Positions 44,201 to 56,992 of a stretch of 64,000 nt of DNA are shown here, one piece after another. Under the pieces are notes generated by a model, which ran no database searches, had not been told where the DNA came from, and saw nothing but the letters and a program-made list of their open reading frames with translations. Source of the DNA: Camelus ferus (lineage: Eukaryota); the NCBI RefSeq assembly GCF_009834535.1, contig NC_045699.1, positions 74,648,001-74,712,000 of the forward strand. Direction: 5' to 3'. Positions within the stretch are counted from its first letter, which is position 1. Each line of letters begins with the position of its first letter. The translations under genes were made by a program, and so were the position numbers.

Positions 44201-47200
44201 ATTCTGGTAGAAGCGTGATGCAGGACCCACACCTGGAGAGTCTGGCTCTCCCTGCTGATCGCCCGACCTCCCTCACAATGAAGCCGAGGCCGGTCATGGA
44301 CATGGAGTGGAGCTGGGAGGGCAGTCAGCCCCAATAACATCCACTGCAGCGCCAAGGGCTCGCACCCCCGGTGGGCCTGCGGAGGCCTGGGTTCTGGGTG
44401 CAGACCCCTCCTGGCTGTGTGGGCCTGGCTGGGGGCAGGCCTCCGGGACATGGGGACAGTGTCAGCTGAGGGCGGGCCAAGATCCTTCACTGAGACCTGA
44501 GCAAAAGCCCAGGGAGGAGCCAGGCCCCACTGCACTGCAGGGAGGGGCGTCCTGGGCAGGCGGGGGCGCGCCCCTAGGGGCGGTGCAGGGTGGGGGCGGC
44601 GACATCCGCACCGCCCCTGGGAGCCCGTCTTCGTGAAGCAGATGCTCGCGCTGGGAGCTGACCTTACTCTTTCCCCTTATTTCAGCCACCGACGACATCG
44701 TGAAAGTTGAAGTCTGGGATGTCGTTGACAAAGGTAAGTTGCGTCTTCTTGTTAACGTGCTTTTCTCTGTTGTGCTGCTGTTGTTCCGTGAGAGGCACGC
44801 TGTCCGCCCTCGTCCGCCTGTCCTCCTCATAGGTCGGCTTTTTCATAAACTCCTGTTTGTTTGGGTGTTTGTCTTGGCGTGCTGTCTCTCCGGGACTCGC
44901 AGGGTGACACAGCCCTTCCTCCTCACTCAGCACCTGAGACGAAGGGAGGGATGGTGATGGCGCTGGGTTCTTACCCCCAAGCCGAGCTCGTCCATCCTGG
45001 GCACCAGCTCAGGGGCCCTCCACGGCCTCGAAGGCTGGGCAGGGCTGGCCCAGGGCGGGGTCCTTGTCAGTCTGGGAAGGAAGCACTGCATCTGAATGGG
45101 GGCGGCTGGAACTGTGTGGGAGGCCTCCCGGGGCAGGCTGCGTCCTGCCTCCCGTGGGGCTGCTGCTGTGCGGGCTGAGAAGGCGCAGCTCCGGGGCTCC
45201 AGCGCTGCTGAGCGAGGCGTCTGCTGGAGGGGGGGCTGCCCCCCACTCAGGCATTCCTTGCCCAGCACTTCCACCCCATAACTTGGTCTCTTTTCTTAAG
45301 GAAAATGCAAAAAGCGAGGCGACGGCTTGAAGATGGAGAATGACCCCCAGGAGGTAAGCAGTGTCTGTTCCCATGTGGCCCACAATGGTGGGGGTGGGGG
45401 TGAGCCGGCCCCGCTCTTCAGACCCCTCCGCCTGCCGGCCTGGCCCTCCCGGGGTCCCCACTGGTGCTGGTGGACTCGGGGCCACCTTGTGCTGCCCGTG
45501 TCGTGTTGCAGGGTGCCTGGGTTGAGCTGCTGCCACACGTGCCAGACGCCGCACGGAGTTGGGGTGACTGAGAGGTATTTAGGCGAACTGGCCGAATTTT
45601 GTGTCCATGTTACAGTGGCCTCGGCCCTTCAAAGCACAGGCCCTGCCTTCAGGTGTGGCTCCGGCAAGGTGCTCCTTGTGGCTGCCACTGCTTCCTGCCC
45701 GTCTGGGGGGCTTTCTCTCGGTCTCCAAGGACCCTTCTCTCCTGTCCACGGGCAGGCTCCCGCTTAGGGCAGGAAGGTTCAGTGGCCCCTGGCCCTTTTT
45801 GGGCATGTGTTTCCATTGCCCCTAGCCCTGCAGCCGCCCCAGCGTGCCTGCTCCGGCATGTGCACCCATGGTGGAGAGTCTGCAAGCCCTGAGGGCAGGG
45901 TGCTACCAGCCTCGGTGGCGCAGGGACCCCAGGGAGAGGGCAGGCACAGTGTGTTCTCCACGCTAGACGATGTTGCGTTTACATTTTTCTTTTTTTCCAA
46001 AATGAAACTAACTGTTGTCTTTTCAGTTATCAGAGCCCTGTTCAGCCTTTTCCAGGAGACAGGGTGCTCACCCGAGGGGCCCAGCCTGGAGCACCGTCTC
46101 ATGCCTGGTCCCCCCTGTCCCCAGGCAGAGTCCGAGATGGCCCTGGACGCCGAGTTCCTGGACGTGTACAAGAACTGCAGCGGGGTGGTCATGATGTTCG
46201 ACATCACCAAGCAGTGGTGAGGCCCGGCTCCCGGCACCACGCCGCCTGCTAGGCCCACGGTGGTGGTTGTGCCGGCGTCAGTGATGGTGCACAGGGCTTC
46301 TGGAGGGCCAGCCACGGGCAGTGCCTGCTGGCCGTCCGGCCGCACAGAACCCCGGCCTGGAGGTCCCGGCATCTCAGCATGTGTATCTGGGGCCAGGTCG
46401 GGGTGTCCACATCTGTGCCGCAGGCCGGGGTGGGTGAGGCCCTCGCCTTCCATGGCCCTGCAGCCCTTCCTGCAAACACTGTCTAAAATGTGGCATCAGC
46501 AAGTGGCTCCCATGAGTTGGGGGTTCCCAAGACCCCCATGCTCTTGGACTTGCCAGCAGGACACACGTATGTCCATCGCGGTGGAGGCTGCAGAGCAGGG
46601 TCAGCAGGCGAGCGGTGCGGGCGGATGTGCAGACAGCCTCGCCGGCGCCCAGGGTCCTCTCCATCGAGCGCTGAGTCACGTGGCTGGAGACCCGCTGCCC
46701 GGGCCCGGGCCCCCTACTCCCAGACCAGCCAAGGGCCAGCCTTGTGGACCAGCCTTCCTGGGACAGCAGTCTCAGGCCTGCACACCACCGAAAATGGGAG
46801 TCCTGAAGGATGCTGAGGGCGGAGCCCACGGCTTGTTCTGGGAGTGGCCAGCGAAGTTTGCTTGAGTTGTATTACTGTTACTGCTTGGGTCACCGGTGCT
46901 CACAGGAAAACCCATCCTGTCACCAGAAACTACTGCGGGGGCTAGCCAGGCTCTCTTCTGGGTGTCGCTCTGACACTGAGCTGTAACCACGCACGCCTTT
47001 GTTCAGGATGCATTCACGCCTCCGCTGGGCTGGTAGATCTCCTGCACACTCACACGCCAGCCCTAGGGTTCCCGTCAGGGGCTCAGGTCCCAGGGATCTG
47101 TCACAGCTGCGCCAGCCTCGGCCACAGCCCACGGGGCCCCACACCCGCCCTCCCGCCTGCAGGGACGCGCAGTGGACTGCCCACCAGCACACCTGGGAGG

Positions 47201-50200
47201 CCTCTGGGAGGCTGGACCACCTGGAGTAGGAGGGTGGGGCCTGGCGAGCTCACACCTGTGAGAAGCAGCAGTCCCGCCTCCTCGGCTCCCACGGGGGGTG
47301 GGGATGGGCAGGGCTGTTCCTAGGTGGAGTCTGGCCTGGGCACTGTTAGTGGTCATGTCAGCCTCATGTCCCTGTAGCCTCGGCTAGACGAGCTGTGAGC
47401 CGAAGGCCAGAAGGACCCCATGGGGAGAGCGGGACCACGTGTGCCTGTGAGGCCCAGGGGCTGGTGTCCAGTGGGCAGGTGGTCCTGGGCTGGGGGCTGG
47501 GCAGCTTCTTGGATCCCAGGACCCTGGACACCCGGTACTCAGCTCTGATGAGGTGGGAGGCGGTGCAGACATGGTCTAGAGCCCCGTCACTCAGAAGGAA
47601 AGCAGGGGGGACGCCACCGACGCAGCCATTGGCACAGCAGCTGGTGTCTGAGTGCACCTAACGGCAGGGGCAGGAGACTCCCCCAGGACGGGTGGCAGAC
47701 ACGCTCGGCCCTTCTGAGGGTAGTAAAGCACTGCGTGTGAATAGGAGGAAACTCAGGCTGCAGACGCAGCGCTGCTGTATCCGGCTCTCCCACACGCTCA
47801 TGCCGATGGGGAGACAGGTGTGAGCCCCACACCCACTGAGAGCAGAGCCCTGGGCTGTAGAGACAGATCGAGGGAGGACATGTGTCGGGAGGCAGAACCT
47901 AAGGCTGTTTTGTGGGATGTGGTGGCGGGAGGATCTGCAGGGTCCAAGAGCACCCACTGGGTGGTCCCCTGATTCTCACACGGGAGGGTGCTGGTGGGGT
48001 GCTGATCCGGGCGCCCACGCACTTCCCCAAGGCTGTGGGGGTGGGCGGGGGTCTCAGGCCAAAGCTAAGGCTCGTCTTCCCCCCACATGCGCCTCCTGAG
48101 GACCTTCAACTACATCCTCCGGGAGCTTCCTAAAGTGCCGACGCACGTGCCGGTGTGCGTGCTGGGCAACTACCGCGACATGGGCGAGCACCGGGTCATC
48201 CTGCCCAACGACGTGCGTGACCTCATCGACCACCTGGACAGGTGGGTGCCCGGCTGCGCAGCCTGTCTGCCTGGGCACTCCCGCCTGGGCCCTCCTCTGC
48301 CTCGAGCCCTGGCCCCGCCCAGCTGCACAACCCCGTGACCCCGGCCCTCTGACCCACCCCCAGCTTCCCTGCGCTACCCACACCCGGCCCTCCGGTCCAT
48401 GCTGGCAGGACCCGTGGAGGCTGGAGAGGCCCAGGCTGAGATGGAGGGTGTGGTGGTAAGCTCAGGGAGGGGGCGCCAAGCTGGAGGGAGGGCAGGGCGG
48501 GGGTTGGGTACTGGCTTCCCCGCACTGAGCAGCCCCAGGTGCCAGGCGGAGCGGCCTCCCTCCATGCCTCAGGCTAGAGCCAGGGTCAGGCGTGGCGCAG
48601 CGGAGTCCTGCTGGGGCGGATGGGGGCACATCAGCCCAGTCCCGGCATCACCTGGTGGGCGCCAGCTGACGGGAGCGCCTGCAGGAGACAGCCCGGCCTG
48701 CGTGCGGTGCTGGCCCTGCCACCCTGTCCCTGTGTCTTTGTCCTCTTGGCAAACAGGCCTCCGGGTTCCTCTTACTTCCGCTACGCCGAGTCGTCCATGA
48801 AGAACAGTTTCGGCCTCAAGTACCTGCACAGGTTCTTCAACATCCCGTTCCTGCAGCTTCAGGTGCGCCCGCCTGCGGGGCCGGCCGGTGCGGCGTGGCA
48901 TGAGGGGGTGGGGCCACCAGTTAGGGCCCTGCCAGGCTGGCCGGAGACCTAGACCAGCACAAGGGGACACGGGTCCTTAAATGTCCTTCTCGGTCTGAGG
49001 ACCGTTGACCTGGACCAGTGGGCACTGTGACCCCTCGCCTCTGCGCTGACCCCTGCCTGGGAGCTTCACTGGCCCCTGCGCCAGTCCATCTTCACCGCAG
49101 ATGTGTGCGCAGCCCCAGCACAGGGCCCGTCTGATCCCCCTTGTGGCCGGGCCACTGTGTCCCCTGCTGTGGATCTGGCCCCAGTCTGGCAGGAGCAGAA
49201 GCAATGAGCTCGAGAAGTCTCTCCTTCCACCTGGTCTGCAGCTTTCTGTTGTTTTAGTGGCTCTTTTGTTTTGGAGTGGTCTTAGACTGACAGGAAGGCT
49301 GCAGAGAAGGACAGGATTCTTGGGCCCTGGCTCGGTTCCCCCTAGTCTCAGGGTCTCATGTTTCCACGGTGCTTCCGTCAAGACCACAGAACTGAGGTTG
49401 GTGGGCCCTCTCACCGGCCCTCTGCGCTGGGCTGTGACAGCCCTGAGACGTGCCTGACTCAGGGTCTGTCTGGTCTTAGGTGGGTGATGGGATTTCAGGC
49501 ACAAGACCACAGACCAACTGCCCTGCTTGTCACAAGCGGGGACACGTGTCACCCACACAGCTAGTCACTGGGGTGTTGACCTAGGGCCCTCCTACAGCCA
49601 CAGTGGTTTCTGTCCTTTCTCCAGGACACAGAGCCCACTCGGGGGCACAGCCACTTCTCCTTTCCTCTTGTCCTCTTGGAGAGACGTGGGGCGGCGGGCG
49701 TTTTCAGTGCATCCGGATCTCGCAGACATGTGCCGCACCCTCCACCCAGTCTTTCCCTTGGGACCCTGGGTGTCCCTCTGCATTGCTCTAAGGATCCCTT
49801 TAACTTTTTATCCAAGTCCAACGTGCACAGAGATCGCAAGGAAAGCCCCCCCGGTGTGGGTGCGGGGCGGCGACCGACAGCCCCTCGCATCGCAGGTGGG
49901 ACCTCAGGACGTCCCACTGTTGAAAGCTGTGCTGAGGCGCACGTGAGGTCTGAGCCCCAAAGCTGAGGCGTATGCGCACCCCGGCTGGTCCCGGAGACGC
50001 AGGAAGGCAGTTTTCAGCAAGCACCGGGGCCTCTTAAACCTCAGGGGCACCTGTGTGACCAGGGCGCTGTCCCTGGGCGGTCTGCTCACAGCACATCTGC
50101 CCTTGGAGCCCCACGGAGTGGCCGGGGCGTCATGCTGGCCGCCTGGGCAACACAGGGAGCTCCCAACTCTTGCGGCTCAGCTCCATGAGCCCTTGTTGGT

Positions 50201-53200
50201 CATTGGCTGGCTGAATGGGGCCACAAGGCTGAAGGGGCAGCCCTCCGTGGTGACGTTCCCTGCTCAGGGGTCTGCTTACTTCCTGCAGCGGGAGACGCTG
50301 CTGCGGCAGCTGGAGACAAACCAGCTGGACATCGACGCCACGCTGGAGGAGCTGTCGGTGCAGCAGGAGACGGAGGACCAGAACTACGACATGTACGTCG
50401 GCCCCAGGGGCCTGCCCTTGGAGGTTAGACCTGCAGGCAGGGCTCTGCCGGAAAGGTGGCAAGTGTGCCCTGGGGGCCAGGCTGGAGGTCCTGAGCCTGG
50501 GTCTGTGCCTAGCCGGAGAGCAGTGGGAATGCCGCCCAGCCCGGGTAGCTCCCTCCGTTGGGATGAGTCGTGCTGCTTAAAGAGATCCGGTTGTTTCAGC
50601 CTTGGATGTGGCCTCCACCCCATGGGAGGGGAGGGGGTGAGGGTGGCCCTTGCTGTGCGCCCTGCCTGCAGCCCTTCCTTGAGAAGCAGATCCTGGGCTC
50701 CTGCTGACTCTCCCTGAGGCTGGGGGCAGGGCAGACCCCCAGGTCCCGCTACCCCTGCCCACCGAGCGCTTTGCTGCCGTGATTGGGTGTAACTGGGGCA
50801 CAGTGAGACCCTCAGGCCACCAGAAACAGTTTTGCAGCCGCTGCCCCCAGGTAGCCACCTGGCTGGGGGTGGGGGTGCGGGCACGGGGGCCCGATGCAGA
50901 CACTGACACTCCGATTGCCTGCCTCCAACCGTCCTCTGTCCAGACCAGCCTCGCCTGCTGGCCACCCAGCATGTGGTGTGGGGAGCCGCTGACCCAAGCC
51001 GTATGTCCACCCGAGGCCCCAGCAAGGCCAGCTGCCCTGACATTTTCCAGCCGAGGCCTCATCCCTAGTTTGACCGCAGTTCCCCGGACTGACGCCAGTG
51101 TAGAGACCTCCAGGACCTTGGGAGGGAGCTAAACCTCTGGTCTTTGGCAGGAGGGAGGGAGGGAGGGCGCGTTGTCCTGGCTGTGCCTGCACACTTCCAG
51201 CAGGACGCCCGGAGCAGGTGGCAGCCCGTCTGTGCTGCAGCTCCTAGCAGAAGCACTCACTTCTAGGGGGAAGTTATAACCCCGAACTACCGTTAAAAAC
51301 AGGTGTTTCCTTTGTTCTGTTGAATTACCTAGATGTCAGAGCTGAGGGTGGGGGGCAAGCTGCTTCCCCACCTGTGCTCCTGGCCTGGGGCCCAGCCAGG
51401 CAGGGCCTTCGGGTCTCCCCAGAGCCAGCTTCAGCTGTTGGTTCTGGAACAGCGAGAGAGGGAGTGGCAGGAGTCACTCTGGGGGAGGGTGTTTTCAGGA
51501 TGGCCCTGGCGGGGTACCAGGTCTCTGCCTGAGACCTTGGACACCTGGTGCCACTGAGCACAGTGGTCCCTGGGGAGATGGCAGGGACCTCTAGAGGCTC
51601 GCCTGCCCATAGCCAGCCTCCAGGGGCTAGGCCATTGGAAGAAAGCAGTGCTGTTGGGGACTCGGCAGGGGTGTCGCCATGATCCGCACTTACAAGGTCT
51701 CCATCCCAGAACTTGTTTGAAAGCTCCCCTCAGGCCTAGGTAACAAATGGGGGCAAAGCCTGCCGCACACACGCACACCTCCCCTCTCCCCTCCCAGGAC
51801 ACCCTTTCTTCGTGTTGCCAGTGCCTGTGCCTAAAGAGCAGCCAGGACACCCAGCCGGTCTGCGTGTGCACGGTCACCCCAGCCTGGGGTGCCCCAGGGC
51901 TTGCCCTGGGGCTTGTTCTCGGCCAGCCTGTGCTGGGAAACCTTGAAAGGCAGGCAGAGGCCTCTGGTTGTGGGGAGGGGCTCTGAGCCTGAGGGCGGGG
52001 ACCTCATCACCATCAGCACCCTAACAGAAGCCTCCGAGGAGCCGCAGAGGAAGAGATGCAGGGAAGGCGGCTTTCTCACCCCTTGCCCTGTTTCCCCTCA
52101 GCTTCCTTGAGATGATGGAGGCACGCAGCCGTGGCCATGTGTCCCCGCTAGCCACCAACGGGCAGAGCCCGTCCTCGGGCTCCCAGTCCCCTGTGGTGCC
52201 TCCAAGCGCAGTGTCCACGGGGAGCTCCAGTCCCAGCACGCCCCAGCCGGCACCACAGCCGCCCATCCACGCCCCCTCGGCCTGCCCGTCACCCCCATCC
52301 CCCTCGGAGGCCCCACTGCCCCCCGCACACCCCGTGGCCCCCGCCCCACCTCCACGGCGCAGCATTATCTCGCGGCTGTTTGGGACCACGCCAGCCGCCG
52401 AGGCAGCCCCTCTGCCCCCAGGTAGGCCCTGGGAGCAGCCCTGGGAGGTGAGTGCAGGCATCCCAGGTGGGGAGCGGCACTGTGTCCCTGGTCCCAGAGC
52501 CTTCGCGGACTGGGAAAGGGTCCCCCTTCTTCCTCCTGGGTGAGCAGCCCCACACCACCCTGCTCATGGCCCAGCCCTGTGAGCTCCCCCTGGGACCGCC
52601 CGGCTTCGGTGGGCACTGAGCGAGTGCTGGTGTCTGGTCCACAGAGCCAGTCCCAGCTGCGGAGGCCCCAGCAAGAGTCCAGAACGTGGAGGATTTTATT
52701 CCTGAAGATGGCCTTGACCGCAGCTTCCTGGAGGACACAGGCCCCCCGAAGGACGAGAAGAAAGCGGGAGCCAAGGCCCCACCAGACAGTGACAGGTCAG
52801 GGCAGGGCCTCGGCTGCGGGCCCTGCTGCCTTTCCTGGTGTTGGACAAGCAGAGTGGGCAGGCGCCCCGCAGCCCAGCGCTGCCTCCGGGCCTTGGGAGC
52901 AAAAGCAGGGCTAGGGGAGTTGGGGAGCTGAGGGAAGGCTTGGGCGGGGGACACCAGCTGGCCCAGGACTGCTGGCCATGGGCCGGGCCTCGAGGTTCTA
53001 TGAGCCTGACGCCTGCAAGGGGGGCAGGGATCCCAGCCACAGTCTGACTGCAGTTCAGAGAACATCAGGCCAGCCCAGGACACAGCAGTCTCATCGCAGC
53101 TCCTGGGCGTGGGGACTCGGTCCCGCTGCCTGTGGGCTGCCTGTCAGCACTCTTCCCCCCCCTCCCCGCCGAGGTCTCAGGCTGCTGCCACTTGAGAGCC

Positions 53201-55889
53201 TGGCAAGGTGAGAGCAGGAGCCCCGGGGCCAGGTTTTCTCTCCAGGCGGTGGCCAGTCAGGGCGGGAGAGAGCCTTAGGCCTGGAGTCTGGTGTCAGTTC
53301 CTGGGCCTGCTGGCCCCCCGCCTGCACACTCTCCCTGCATAGCCAGGCCCCGGTCAGCCCTGCTCCGCGCATCCCCACCCTCACCGTCTCTCTAGAGATG
53401 CACTGTGCTCCTCCCCTAGAGCCCGTCACCACCTGTGGGGCCCACACCCTTCACCCCACCACCTTGCAGGATGGCACCCACTTCAGATGTCCACAGTGCC
53501 CAGTGGGTGTCTCTGTCCCTCTCCTTGGCCCCACTTTGTGCCTCCTCCCCCACTCACCTCTGTGCTGCAGCTCTGCTGCTGCAATGCGGGGGGGTCCATC
53601 CCCAGGACCACCCTCAAATGGGGTCCCCCTTCGCTGTGACCAGATGAACGTGAGCACCCAGGGCGGAGGCAGCCCCACATTTGGTGCCAGAGGTGCCAGA
53701 GGTCAGGATAGGCATTCTGTCACCTCCTCGTGACCTCTGCCCACCCTGCCTTCCTTTGCAGCGATGAGGAGGCCCCAGGCGGAAACCCCATGGTAGCAGG
53801 TTTCCAGGATGACGTGGACCTTGAAGACCAGCCCCCAGGCAGGCTCCAGCCGCCCATGGGCTCCCTCCCTAGGGAACACATTGCTCTGTCCAGTGAGGAG
53901 GAAGCAGAGGAGGAGGCAGGGCACCCCAAGGCCACTGTGCTGGCCCCCAAGAAGTGCTCTGAGCCAGAGACCAAGCCGTAAGTTGGGGATCAGGCAAGGG
54001 GCGCCCTGGGGGCAGAGGGCTGGGCTCGTGACCCCCGTTTGTCCCGCAGGTCCTCCACCAAGGCTTCGAGGCCACACAGGGGCACAGCTCCCGGGGCTGC
54101 AGAGCCCCGCTGGCCAGGTGGCACCGAAGCCCCCACCGAGGGTACCTCCCAAGGGCGCGAGGAGGGGAAGGACCAGCAGGTGGCATCGTCAGAGAGTGAC
54201 CCTGAAGGGCCCATCGCCGCCCAGATGCTGTCCTTCGTCATGGATGACCCTGACTTTGAGAGCGACTCAGATGCCCAGCGGAGAGTGGTGAGGACCGACC
54301 TTGGTGCCCACTGCCTCAAAGCCCAGGAAAAGTGCCGGGGGTCAGAAAGTGAAAGTATGAGAATGCAGTGGGGGTCTCGCAGAGCTAAAGCTGAAGTCAG
54401 CCTGTGTGACCCCAGAGGGGCTCTGTATGCCAGGCCAAGCCTATCATCTTGGCGTCGCCATGGTGTCATAGCCGCCACTCTCAGGCCATCATCACTCTAG
54501 ACGGGTTCATGACGGTGCTCGGCACCTGCTGGAGAAACAAGGGGGCTGCCCTGAGGGGTCCAGAGACAGCTGCTGGGGGCATGGCGGCCAACCTGCCTGC
54601 TCCTCCTTTCAGGGTGAGTTCCCAGTGCGAGAGGACCTCTCAGATGTGACGGACGAGGAAGGCATCCCTGCCCAGCCACCCCTGCCCCTAAAGGCCCCCG
54701 TCCCCTCCTTCAGACTGAAGAATGACTCAGATCTCTTCGGGTTGGGGCTGGAGGAGACAGGCCCCAAGGAGAGCAGCGAGGAAGGTAGCCGGGGCGGGAC
54801 ACTTGCCCTCCTCCCTCCCTCCCCATCCTGCTGCGGGGGGCGCATTGCTTACCCCTTACCTGTCCCGTAGTGCCTGGGGCCCCAGAGCACAGGAGCGAGG
54901 CCAGAAGCCCCGTCCCAGGCTCTCCTCAGTCCTGCCTGGGGTCCAGCTGTATTCAGATGACATCCCAGACTTTCGGGGTCACAAGGCTGCAGGCCAGGAC
55001 CAGGCTGAAAGATGGGCAGCTGGGGGCTGCTGTCGTAGTGGCCCTGCAGGAGGCATTTGGGGGTATAGGCAGTGCTGCCACAAGCTGGCTGAGAGCCCCT
55101 CTGTGCCCTCAGGCCGGGCCTGCGTTTGTGGCCCTCCGTGGAAGAAGCTGGCGTGGTCTCCAGGCCTGATGAGCACATGTGGCTTGTGTGGCCCTGGCCA
55201 GCTCCACGGCTCCCTGGCCCCACCCCCGCCTCCACCTTGGGCTGCTTGAGCCCAGCAGTGTCACCTGGAGCATGTACTGGAACTTCCTCGTCCCCGTGAT
55301 GGAGAGAAGGGGACCTTCCCAGGCTTGTCCTGGTGCTGAAGTGCCTGCCTGTCTTCAGGAGGGGCCCCGCGGCCTTTGTAGCCCCACCCAGGCCTGGGGC
55401 AGAGGCCTCTGCCGGCCTGCCCACTGCAGGCTGGAGCCCAGGCCTCCCATCCCACACCAGTCCGGAGGCCTGGGGGGGACCTGGCTTCCCACACGGGGAG
55501 CTGACATCGCTCTTACCCGTGCAGATAAGGAGGGCAAGCCTCCCTCGAAGGAGAAGAAGAAGAAGAAGAAGAAGAGCAGAGAGGTACCTGCGCTCCCCCG
55601 AGCCCTCGCCGGCGACGCCCGGCAGCGTGGGGTGCAGGGCCGGCCGTCTCCCCGACGCCCGCGTGACTCTGCGGTGTGCCCCTCCCACCACCAGGAGGAA
55701 GAAAAGGCCGCCAAGAAGAAGAGCAAGCACAAGAGGAGCAAGGACAAGTCGGAGGGCGGGGAGGAGCGGCGGCGGCGGCGGCGGCCGCGGGGCCCGGAGA
55801 GGACGGCGGTGGACGAGCTGGAGGCCTTCCTGGGGGGCGGAGCCCCGGGCAGCCACCTGCGCGGGGGCGGCGACTACGAGGAGCTCTAG
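34792..55889 (+). CDS. RABL6: Rab-like protein 6, complete, 719 aa
   Basis: Exons 34792-34921, 43071-43205, 44686-44733, 45301-45353, 46125-46216, 48101-48241, 48757-48862, 50289-50392, 52102-52421, 52645-52795, 53762-53977, 54050-54287, 54613-54784, 55525-55583, 55695-55889 total 2160 nt, open frame. Starts [57 protein letters not shown] (P-loop), then WDVVDKG, NYRD, a Pro-rich region, a Lys-rich NLS-like tract, and ends GGGDYEEL*. Confidence 0.96.
37141..37400 (-). mobile_element. L2 3' end fragment in RABL6 intron 1
   Basis: TTCATTTATTTAGCAAATATTTATTGAGTG...CAGTCTCCGCCTTGTGAAGCTTGCATTCC is the typical reverse L2 terminus. Confidence 0.7.
37411..37440. repeat. (GGGGT)6 microsatellite
   Basis: Directly visible. 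Confidence 0.9.
37975..38102 (-). mobile_element. Younger L1 3' tail, antisense
   Basis: TTTATTGAGTTATAGTCAGTTTACAATGTTGTGTCAACTTTTGGTGTACAGCACA...CATATTCTTTTTCA is the reverse complement of the same tail type as 5247-5436. Confidence 0.8.
38110..41450 (+). mobile_element. Highly decayed old L1 ORF1/ORF2 remnants in RABL6 intron 1
   Basis: A-rich plus-strand tracts with L1-like motifs (e.g. TCAGTGATAATGAATGCCCCACATA, AAACCCCAATAAAG-like, AAAACATGCAGAAAAACATT). Boundaries approximate. Confidence 0.45.
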
Positions 55890-56966
55890 GCCTGGCCGCC
55901 TGGGGCGACACGCCCACTCCGTGTGTGCTGGGGGCGCTGGGCCTGCCTGCTCTGCGGGCAGCTGGCCCCCAGCGCTTCTCAGGGACGGGACTGAGGCCAG
56001 GGAGGCCTGCGAGGCTGTTTACAGGGGTGGGGCGCTGTCCTCGTCACCCGCCCACCCCTGCTTGCCGCCGCCGGCCGCACACGCTCACCCAGGCCTGCTG
56101 CATGCGGGTGGCCTCCGCTTGCTGCTGTGGCTCGGCCAGGGCTGCAGACCAGCAGCACCCCCGGACCCTCAGGGCACCTGCGTGCAGACACTGAGCAGCG
56201 CTGGCGCCTTTCCTGGGGGAGGGTCTTCCCGGAACCGGTGTCCAGCTTTGCACCTGCCCCTGAGCTTGGGCACATGCACAGGCCGAGCTGGGAGCCCCTC
56301 CACACTCGTTTCCTTCCATTCTCCTTCAACACTCGGACCATAAAGCTCTCCTGTTTCACTGCGCGTCTGTGTGTGCTCCCTGCTGCTGGGGCCCCGCCTG
56401 CGTGGGAGGTCCGCTGCCCCTAGCCCCAGGCACGTGGGTAGCCAGGAAGGCCCTTGAGCTCCCTGCCTTGGGGCCACAGAACCCTCTTCTCTGAGGGGTG
56501 ACTATCCTCGCGGGTAGGAGGCCTTAAGCAGTCCAGTCCCCTCACATGCCATATGCCATCCAGCCTGGCCCAGCCCTCTGAGGCCAGGTGGGCGACCCTG
56601 CTCTGCTGGCCTCTGGCAGGGCCTACCCTGTCCCAGCCACCTCTCTGCTCCTACCTGACACCCAGTCCAGCAGGCACCCCCCCCCCCAGCTGCCAGCAGG
56701 GCCCTACCCCACCCCCCCATCCATAGGTGCTGTGAGAACTACCCCCCCAGGGCAGGCTGACTTCCAGCAGGGCCGAGAGATGGGCTGGTGGCCAGGCCTC
56801 CACCCCCACGTCCCGGAAGCCTCCCCTTCCCTAATTCCTGTGCCTAGAGAGCCCACACTGGGGGCAGCAGGGTGGCAGTCAGTGGGCAGGTGCTAGGGGT
56901 CAGGCACCACACTGATACCTAGGGCACTCCCTTTAGTCCACAGCCTGTGAAGTCGACTATCCTTGT

Positions 56967-56992
56967 CCCCCCCCCCCCCCCCCCCCCCCCCC
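56967..56992. repeat. Poly(C)26 homopolymer
   Basis: 26 consecutive C. Confidence 0.9.
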
